From Chrysomallon squamiferum (taxonomy: Eukaryota > Animalia > Mollusca), in NCBI GenBank assembly GCA_012295275.1, contig CM022673.1:16678001-16742000 (forward strand): a stretch of 64,000 nt of DNA. Direction: 5' to 3'. A program made the translations under genes and the position numbers. Below, one piece after another: positions 55,331 to 64,000 of this stretch. The notes below the pieces were generated by a model that saw nothing but the letters and a program-made list of their open reading frames with translations, did no database searches and was not told the origin of the DNA. Position 1 is the first letter of the stretch. Every line of letters begins with the position of its first letter.

Positions 55331-57879
55331 CATTAAGAGGACTTAATAATACTTATAATAATAACAAAAAATTTCCATTAATGATCTATTGGACTGGTCC
55401 AAATATTGAAAGATATCTAAATTTCTTGCTGAAATCTGATCAGTATTTATTCATAAAATTATTGAAGGAAGCAAACGAAAAGAAAAAACAAATACATTGA
55501 AAAAATGAATTAATTAATAATAATAACAATAAAAAATAAATAAATAAATAAATTAATGACATAAGTTGCAACTCCACAACAAACACATAAGCGACTATTA
55601 ACAGACAAAACTAATGACACCAATAAAAATTAACATATCACAGCAATGAGTCATGACTTGCATGAAACAAATATATTTAACACAATAATTTGTTAAAATA
55701 ACATTATATATCAAATATTTTCTATATTATATCAAAAATAACACCCAAGACAAAAAGATAAAAAACCAAAAATAAGTTTCAGTGATAGCAAAGTTTAAAA
55801 ATTAATTTAATAATAAATATAATTTTATCAATGCACTTAATCGTCACTACAATATGAAATAAATTATTTCAAAATTGATAAATGTACTTCAACATGAAAA
55901 TTAAATGACATAATTATAAATTTTAAATTAATTAATTTATATGTAATCCAAAAAGTAATTCCATATACAACAGTATAACTGTTTTGATCATATTCAGTTT
56001 ACTATAAAATTCACTCCAACATGAAAATTAAACAATTTCATTTATAGTTGTTAAGATAAGTTTTTCTTCAATTTAGTATTCAGTGATCAATATCAAAATA
56101 AATATAAAATATCAGCTACTGTACTTACACTGTAAACAGTAAAAAAGAAAAAAGAAAAATATGTTAACACTATATTTACATGCTTTTATATATTTTGTTT
56201 TACAAACTGTTTTCAGTGAAACATTTTTTCTTTATGAATCTAATTTCTAAGAATATAAAGTTAAAATAAATTATTTTTCATTCTCAAAATGTTTTCTTTC
56301 CTTCTTTTTTTTGTTTTGTTTTGAACATCTTACTTCAATGGTAGGTAAAACAAAAAACAACAACATTTTGAACAATAATTATTATGCACATTTGTGAATA
56401 AAAAATAAATAAAATGTTTATTGCGTGTACTATGGCCTCCTTTCATTGTAATGAAGCTGAATTTTTTCAGTGCTCCCTAAATTAATTCCAAGAGAAAATA
56501 TAACAAAATTTATTTTTATTTAGAATTTCCATTCCATTAATATGAAGCTGGGAATTTTTATCATCCAAAAATCCATTTCTTAAAATAATAATAAATATAC
56601 TGATTAATAATATAAAATTTTTAAAAATTTATCTTCAATATGAAAGTAAGAATATTCAATATAAAAAATTAATTCCTTAAAAAAAAGAAGAAAAAAAAAA
56701 GTATTTTTCTTTGAATTACTAGTGAAATGAAATCATTAATTAATGTCCATTACATTCTGCACAATGAACTCAGTTTACCACAGAAGATCAAAGTTCAGTG
56801 CTTAGTTCATTCAAACTGTGGTAAGCTTTGTCACTCTCGTGACTGATTAAAACCAACCACACATTTCAGCTTTTACATGACTGTTTAAATCTGAGCAACA
56901 TCAGAACTTGATTATAGTAGGCAACATACTGTATAAGTTTTACTAAATTATAAAATCAATCACTCTCAACATCCTGTTTTTTGTGTGTATCAGCACTAAT
57001 GTGTAGTTTATCAAAAATGCAGCTGACATCAAGTAAAGTACAGTAGTTGATAATCTAGGACAGATGTAAACTAACAGAGCTTTCCAATAAAACACATCTT
57101 CACTCAGTTTCAGATTTTTATAACATGAGAAACTTGCATAGCTTTGGTCTTTTAAGCTCAAAGTAGTCTCACATTATTTATTTTTTTATTTTTTGAAAAT
57201 ATATCAATATTTTTATCCTTAGCATATTTATAGAGGATAACTAACTTTTCAAAGAAATGCTGACTTTTGTAATCTTCTTGTAAAGGTTTCTTTTTTTAAG
57301 TACAATGTAATCAGAATAATTAAAAATATTCCTTTGCAGAAAAAATAAAAATAAAAATGAATAAATAAAAATGACATTGAAAAATAAAATTAAAATAAAG
57401 ATTAATAATAATAATAATAATTACATGATTTGTTATACATATTGTTCACACATCTTCCCATCCTTTTAATCTGTTCATAATTTGTTATCCATCTAAAGTA
57501 TGGCACCTTTTCCTCCATTTAAAATGAAACTATCTTATCATCCTTATATGTTTGATCTGTTGACATCTTTCTGTCTAACAAGCCATAAACATTGTATAAT
57601 CCATTTGAACTGACGTCACTTTTGTTATTGATTTTCTGCACAGTAAACTGTTGGCTACTGATTTTCTTTCTTCAAGAATGCATTCAGCTGACTCTAAATT
57701 ACATTAAACTGAAGTTTTCATATTTGTAGAATGACTGACAACAAATTCAATTTCTTCTTAATATATCTAAATTTAAACTAACAAAACACTGTTGTGAGAA
57801 ACTGTCCCAGTACTTTGGTCTAATAGGGAAAATTGTAAAATTTCAAGTTTGAAACATACCATCTGATTTATGTGGAAAA

Positions 57880-58124
57880 CTTGCCAGATACTATTTTTGC
57901 ATTAAACATACTTGCCAGACAGTAGATTTCCACTAAATACACTTGCCATATATTAAATTTCCATTAAATATGCTTGTCAGATGTTAAATTTCCACTACAC
58001 ACACTTGTCAGATATTAAGTTTCCACTAAATATGCTTGCCAGATTTTACGTTTCTGTGAAATATCCTTGCCAGATATTAAGTTTCCCTGGAATATCCTTG
58101 CCAGATATTAAGTTTCCACTAAAC
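57880..58124. repeat. Minisatellite, 31-bp unit, 8 copies, overlapping the PI3K stop codon
   Basis: Units resembling cttgccagatattaagtttccactaaatatg start at 57880, 57911, 57942, 57973, 58004, 58035, 58066 and 58097. Confidence 0.93.
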
Positions 58125-61100
58125 AATGTTACTACCACCTGTCATCTGAAGTTTCCCCAGTCTGTACCAGTTGGCAGTGGGCTGGGTGAGGTCGAAGTCT
58201 CGAAGTTTCAGATACAAAGCACCAAGAAAATTGTTTTCTCCTAGAACCTGGTCCCACACTGTCACCTGCAGAGTGCGCCCGTTTATTTCTTCTTGTGATA
58301 TCCTGTACTCAATCTGTACAAATAAGTAAATAAATATATAATTAAATAAATAAACAAACAAGTAAAATGTGTAATTAAAATAAATAAATATATAATAAAA
58401 AAAGAAAAACCCAAATAAAATAAATTAATAATATGAAAGGATAAAATAAAAAAAAAATAATAATAATAAATAAATAAATAATTTTTAAATCCTAATACAT
58501 AAATTTAAATATCTTTTCATATCATAAACAAAACCACAAACAGACTTTTAAAAATTATGATGTATACATCTTTCAGAAACAACAGGGAAAAAACAAAAAC
58601 AGACCACTTCATTGTATGTTGGGTGACTTGTATTTTTGACAACTTTTGTTTTTCTCTTTGTGTGTTTTTCTGGGTCTGGAAGAAGGTAAGTCTTCACATA
58701 TGGACTGGGAAGATTGGAACCATCAACCTGTAAGGAGAAAGCTATAGAATTACACAGACAAAAACTGCATTAAAGTATATGCTAATATAAATGTACTGCA
58801 TTGCAACACAGCCACAGACATAAACTGATCTAACAATACAAATTTGGAGTAATTCATTTCCTGAAACAATTTTAAAAATGTGTTACACTTTGCTATGGGA
58901 ATTTTTATTAATAATAATTCTCAAAGTCATAATAAATTATAATATAACTAATATTAAATCTTACTCTTTGTTTGATGCTAATGAATAAACAAATATATAT
59001 TTAATTTAACTAAATAAGATTTATTATTCAAAATTATGTATCAAACTAAACCTTTTTCTTTTTTTCTTTTTTCTTGGTATGATGAAATTAGAAAGGGAAC
59101 TTACTCTTTTTAATTACAAACAGAAATATTTTCAAAATTTAGACAGTAAAGTCTGTACAATCCTCTCTTACTCTCAGACTGAGCGAAACAAATACAGAGA
59201 TTAACAGAAACGTTTACAAACCAAATCTTTGCAGTGCATGATCATCACTTGAAGTGAGCCCTTGTTGTAGTGAAGAGAAAGTTTTATTTGTCCCTGGATT
59301 CCTGAGCTGTTGGTGGGTGGCTGTAACACTGGTTCTGAAAGTCAAACATTTTTATTTCATTTCGAATTATTACAATATGTACTGATTTTGTATTTAGAAA
59401 CTGAAACAGCACTCTTTCTTTTCTTTTTTTTTTTTTTTAAATACTTTACTAGTTTTATAATATAATGTGTACTCCTACACTCAGTAAAGTATTGTGAGTT
59501 ATAGACTGAGATATAATTGTATTTACATATCAAAATAGTCGTGTCTTCTATAGGTTAATGGCATAACATGAATATATTTTAATATTAGCAAATCAAATGT
59601 GCCATAAATAAGTCAGGCTTAAATCCATTTTTGCACATTAACATACACACATGCATGTAAAATAGAAGAGTTGTCTTACGTTAAATATATTTTAAAAAAT
59701 GATTTCTTTGGAAAATAAATATTGAAATTTTGTAACAAAACCAAAGGTTTTCAGTATTTACTTTCAGAATTAAGGTAAAGAAGTTATATATATAGTGTGT
59801 GTGTGTGCGTGCGTGTGTGTGTGGATAAATACATAGATAGATAGATATAGATACAGATTTAGATAGAGATATATAGATATAGATTTAGATAGAGATATAT
59901 AGATATAGATAGATAAATAAAACATAAGATGTACCTCTGAGTTTCAAAACATTCAAGTTTGTACTTCCTACATCCTGCTCGTCTCGGAGAAGTGGGTGGA
60001 AGAAAGTGTAAACCAGGTCACACTGAAATTTAACACAATAAACATCATACTCCACACCATTTGCATTTCTGTTTAGCATCAATAAACACTGTGCCTATCC
60101 AAAACATCACTAATAAAGTTTGACAAAATTTTAATTTTTATACATTTCTAAAGAGCATTCAATGTTCTTGCAAAGAACCCAAAACTGAATAAATCTATCA
60201 AATGTTCTCAAACTTATTCATAATTAAAAATGGCTGTCTTGATTCTGATAAATTTTATTGCAGCAGTTATTTAACAGTAGTTGACATTTATTTTTATTTT
60301 TTAACATAAAGCTGAGATATTTTAAATAATATTTTCAAGAAGAAAAAATATGAAGGACTAATTTTGATAAAAACATAGTTACACTTATTTTGCATTTTCA
60401 TTAATTTTGTAAATTTATATATACAATATACACACACACAAAACAATAAAAATGATAAAATACAAATAAATTTACATCAGATATTTCAGGCTGTTTAGAT
60501 CGCAGTTCTCGTAGAAAATGATCTATTTCTTGTTTCCGACTCTCAGCAACACTTCGCACATTGCTTCTCCCGAGTACCAGCCTAAGTAAACAAATTAAAC
60601 ATTTACAACACTAACAACAACATAAATATTTTTATTCTGTACCATTAAAAGAAAATATCAAAATATAAAACAAACAAACAAACAAATAAAAATATTTTTA
60701 ATAAAATATCCAATAAATAATAGAAATTATTTTTAATCAGGGATTCATAATTAAAATTTTAATAAATTTTTGCCTCATCTAAATTTGTAACATAAACATA
60801 TTAAACTTACCTCGTGGAGAAATTTGGCCAGGTCATCAAAGGAAACATCTCGGCCATTTTGTCTCTAAATTCGACAAACTCAGAAAACTGTCGAAAAATG
60901 TAACTAGCAACTTTTTGGTCTTCTCTTTCAACCTGAACTATGTAGAGCTGCAAATAATAATAATAATAATAAGAATAATAATAACAATAACAACAATTAC
61001 AACAACAACAACAACAACAACAACAACAGTAAAAATAACTAATAATAATAATAACAATAATAATAATATTAAAAACAGAAAAAAATAAGAATAGCAGTAA

Positions 61101-63478
61101 TAATATTAATAATAACAACAACAACAAACAAAAATCAATAAAATATTACAAATTGTTTGTGTACTGAGAAAAGATAAGTGTTTGAAAAATGATAAAGTAA
61201 AATAAACTTTACATAGTGTTTCTCTGGTGTGTATCTCTTCTGATATCCAAACAGTTCCATTCTGACAATTCTTCCATCAGTTTCTTTACTGAGAATAAAA
61301 AAAAAAAAAAAAAAAAAAATGTCTTTTAAGAGTACAAAATTTATTGACACTGTCAACAACTACATTTTAACAAGGATTAAATGAAACAAAGAATAAAACA
61401 TTTATTGTGCAAACCATTTTTAACAGCCTTTTTCTGAGCTCTTCAATGAATCAGTTAAACAGATCTTATTAAAACTGAAAAACAAACTGTATTTAATTTT
61501 ATTTATCTGCCAAAAGCTGACTGTATACCATAGCAAAAGAAAAATCTAAAAAAATCAAAAGTTCACCGATTATAATTTTACTGATAACTGAATTCCAGAC
61601 TGTAAATTTGGTGGTCTTGCTTGTATGCTTTGGATAAGGAGCTGACTTCTAAATTCTAAATGTTAAGTTAAATGCAGTGATCTTGTTTGTATGTTTAGGG
61701 TACGAAGGAGAGCACAGCTGACTTCTAAATTGTAAATGTTAAGTTAAATGCAGTGATCTTATTTGTATGTTTAGGGTACAAAGGAGAGCACAGCTGACTT
61801 CTAAATTCTAAATGTTATGTTAAATGAAGTGATCTTGTTTGTATGTTTAGGGTACAAAGGAGAGCACAGCTGAGTTCTAGACTGTAAATGTTATGTTCCA
61901 TGAAGTGGTCTTACCTGTATGTTTTGGGTACGAAGGAGAGCAGTGCTCCCTCATTGTGACTAGAAAACTTGAGCTGGGCCAAATTGTGTAGAAAGAAGTT
62001 GAACTGTGTGAACACAGACTTCAGACTGTCTTCTATCATCCTGTAATAATCACATCACAATTTAATTTTATCCTTTAACATAACTGTAACTGTACACTCT
62101 CTATCCACTATATAAGATGAGTATATGTTGATTACATTTACATTATAATGATGTTATAATGCTGTTACTTGAAATAATTATACTAATGAACTAAGTCATT
62201 GTACACAACATTCTGAAAAATTATATTTTTCTACTGTTAACCTGAAACAAGATATGTACAATATAATACTTGTCCTTAATCACTTTACAAGATCATTATA
62301 ACTAGACATATATTACACAATCTTAAAATGTATACACAAAATATCCTTACAATAAAATATGTAATTATGCAATCTTAATGTATACCCTATAAAATCATAA
62401 AATATATATATTTAATGCAATCTTACAATATAACACATGTCCCATACAATCTAAGTAAAATATACAAGTCTTATTATTCAATAGATATCCTACGCTAACC
62501 TCTCATACTACAGAATAATGTCCTGTATGTTGTAACTGTTTAGAGATTATACAGATGTGTTTATTATGGTGGTTTTTATTAGGTAACTCACCTGGTGAAC
62601 ATGGCTGCTGCCTGTGAGTCTGTGTGTCCTGGTAACAGAGCACTTCGTACATACTGAGCTGCATGTTCTGACACTCCGGGAATACCAGACCTCGACATCT
62701 GAAACAGTTAGTTTTCACAGTAAACTTTAACACTAAACAGTGAACATTCACACTAACAGTGAACTTTAATGCTAAACATTCACACTAACAGTAAACTTTA
62801 ACACTAAACATTCACACCAACAGTAAACTTTAACACTAAACATTCACACTAACAGTAAACTTTAACACTAATAGTAAACATTAACACTAAACAGTTCACT
62901 TTTGTGCCAACAGTAAACTTTCACATTAACAGTAAACTTTCACACTAATAGTAAACTTTGTACTGATAAAATACAGAAAGTATATATGCATATGTGTGTG
63001 AGTGCACACACAGTTAAATTTTCCAGAATATGATTTTATTATTAACATTTAAATTACTGATGAAACTGAAACTCAGTAAGAATTCTATATTATTGTTTTT
63101 ATCACTAATTCACACTTCTGAGTGCATTTTCTTTCTTAATAAAAACACCAAAGAAAAATTGTTCCTTAATTGAAAGATGTCATTACCATTTTGGTTAAAA
63201 CCAATGTAAATTTTTGTCAGATATGACGTCAGTTTGTCAAACTGTGTAAGCAGTAATTTAGTTTTATGATCTACTGTAAAACCACAGTGGGAGGACATAA
63301 AACCTGAATTAAAATACTAACGAGGAAAAAGAGACTGTAGAACAAATCGGCGTGTTTTCGTAAAACATTGAACCCTTGACAGCACAAATCAATAAAGTGC
63401 TGAAATCTGTCAGCTCGTTTTCCGCCATCATTGATGACATAGGCCATGTCAGACGTCAACACAAAAGGTACTCTGTCC
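58119..63478 (-). CDS. PIK3C2A: Class II phosphatidylinositol 3-kinase (C2-domain-containing, PIK3C2A-like), last 10 exons, 5'-partial
   Basis: Exons 63478-63322 ([34 protein letters not shown]), 62698-62592, 62040-61915 ([13 protein letters not shown]), PX domain 61288-61213, 60947-60811, 60581-60476, 60022-59935 ([15 protein letters not shown]), C2 domain 59334-59222, 58727-58605 ([22 protein letters not shown]), 58313-58119 (TAG). All phases are consistent. Kinase-PX-C2 is the class II PI3K signature. Confidence 0.95.
60952..61128. repeat. (AAT)n/(AAC)n low-complexity tract
   Basis: Directly visible; intronic, abutting a PI3K acceptor. Confidence 0.85.
61587..61942. repeat. Minisatellite, 76-bp unit, about 4.5 copies, including a PI3K exon 3' end and donor
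   Basis: Units start at about 61639, 61715, 61791 and 61867 (cagctgacttctaaatt...tgtatgtttagggtacaaaggagagca). Confidence 0.9.
62715..62960. repeat. Imperfect minisatellite with an aacagtaaactttaacact core (about 19/31-bp periods)
   Basis: Repeated acagtaaactttaacactaaacattcacacta blocks next to the PI3K acceptor at 62699-62700. Confidence 0.85.
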
Positions 63479-64000
63479 CTGCAAACAGAAAAATAAACTG
63501 ATCTTATTTTATCACAAACACACAGAAATGTAATGAAAGCTTTTTAAAAAACATTTAAAATTCATTTTGTATAAAAAATGATAGAATAAATGTCACATTT
63601 TATTAATCTATAACAATAAATTTATATAAATAAAGAAAAAAAGAAGAAAGAAAGAAATAATAAATAAAATAAAATAAAATAAAATAAAATAAAATAAAAT
63701 AAAATAAATATAAAAATAAATAAAGAAATAAATAAAGAAAGAAATAATAACTATAAAATATTTTGATTATAATGGCCATTAGGGTTATTTGAACCAGTTA
63801 AGACAAAGCCATTTTGTGTGCCATTTCCCACAGATTTATTAATACCCATTACTAATGGAGTTCCATTAAAGGAAATGATGATCCCACCTTTGCTAAACAG
63901 AGATAAAATTATAACACACAAATGTATTAGCTATTTAAAGCAAAAAAGTAAAGAATTTTTTTTTTTTTTTCTTTACCGTTTAAAACTTCCAAACATCTGA

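Noticed and set aside
57880-58124. 31-bp repeats resembling a CRISPR array
   Set aside because: The units are head-to-tail and degenerate with no unique spacers, in a eukaryotic 3'UTR with no cas genes.

Overview
AT-rich, intron-dense animal genomic DNA, most likely a mollusc: the kinase is nearly identical to Aplysia twitchin kinase as I recall it. Three genes are present. (1) + strand, 1744-48976: the 3' part of twitchin (unc-22/projectin-type mini-titin), for which I traced 73 exons by hand. Its architecture is (Ig)4-(Ig-Fn2)2-Ig-Fn3-Ig-Fn2-Ig-Fn3-Ig2-Fn2-Ig2-Fn-kinase-Ig5. It also has candidate cassette/microexons, an alternatively processed 3' region (40.4-46.9 kb), one GC-AG intron and one apparent +1 frameshift that is probably an assembly error. 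(2) - strand, 6394-3414: a complete three-exon gene (775 aa) nested antisense in a twitchin intron. It encodes about 6-7 tandem, strongly diverged ubiquitin-like domains with no Gly-Gly motif, followed by a basic tail. I do not recognise this family, and it is the most novel object here. (3) - strand, 63478-58119: the last 10 exons of a class II PI3-kinase (kinase C-lobe, PX, C2), convergent with twitchin, with minisatellites built from its own exon end and stop region. A possible spliced 40-aa transmembrane micropeptide lies in a late twitchin intron. All exon calls come from manual reading of frame and splice sites; I have no transcript data.
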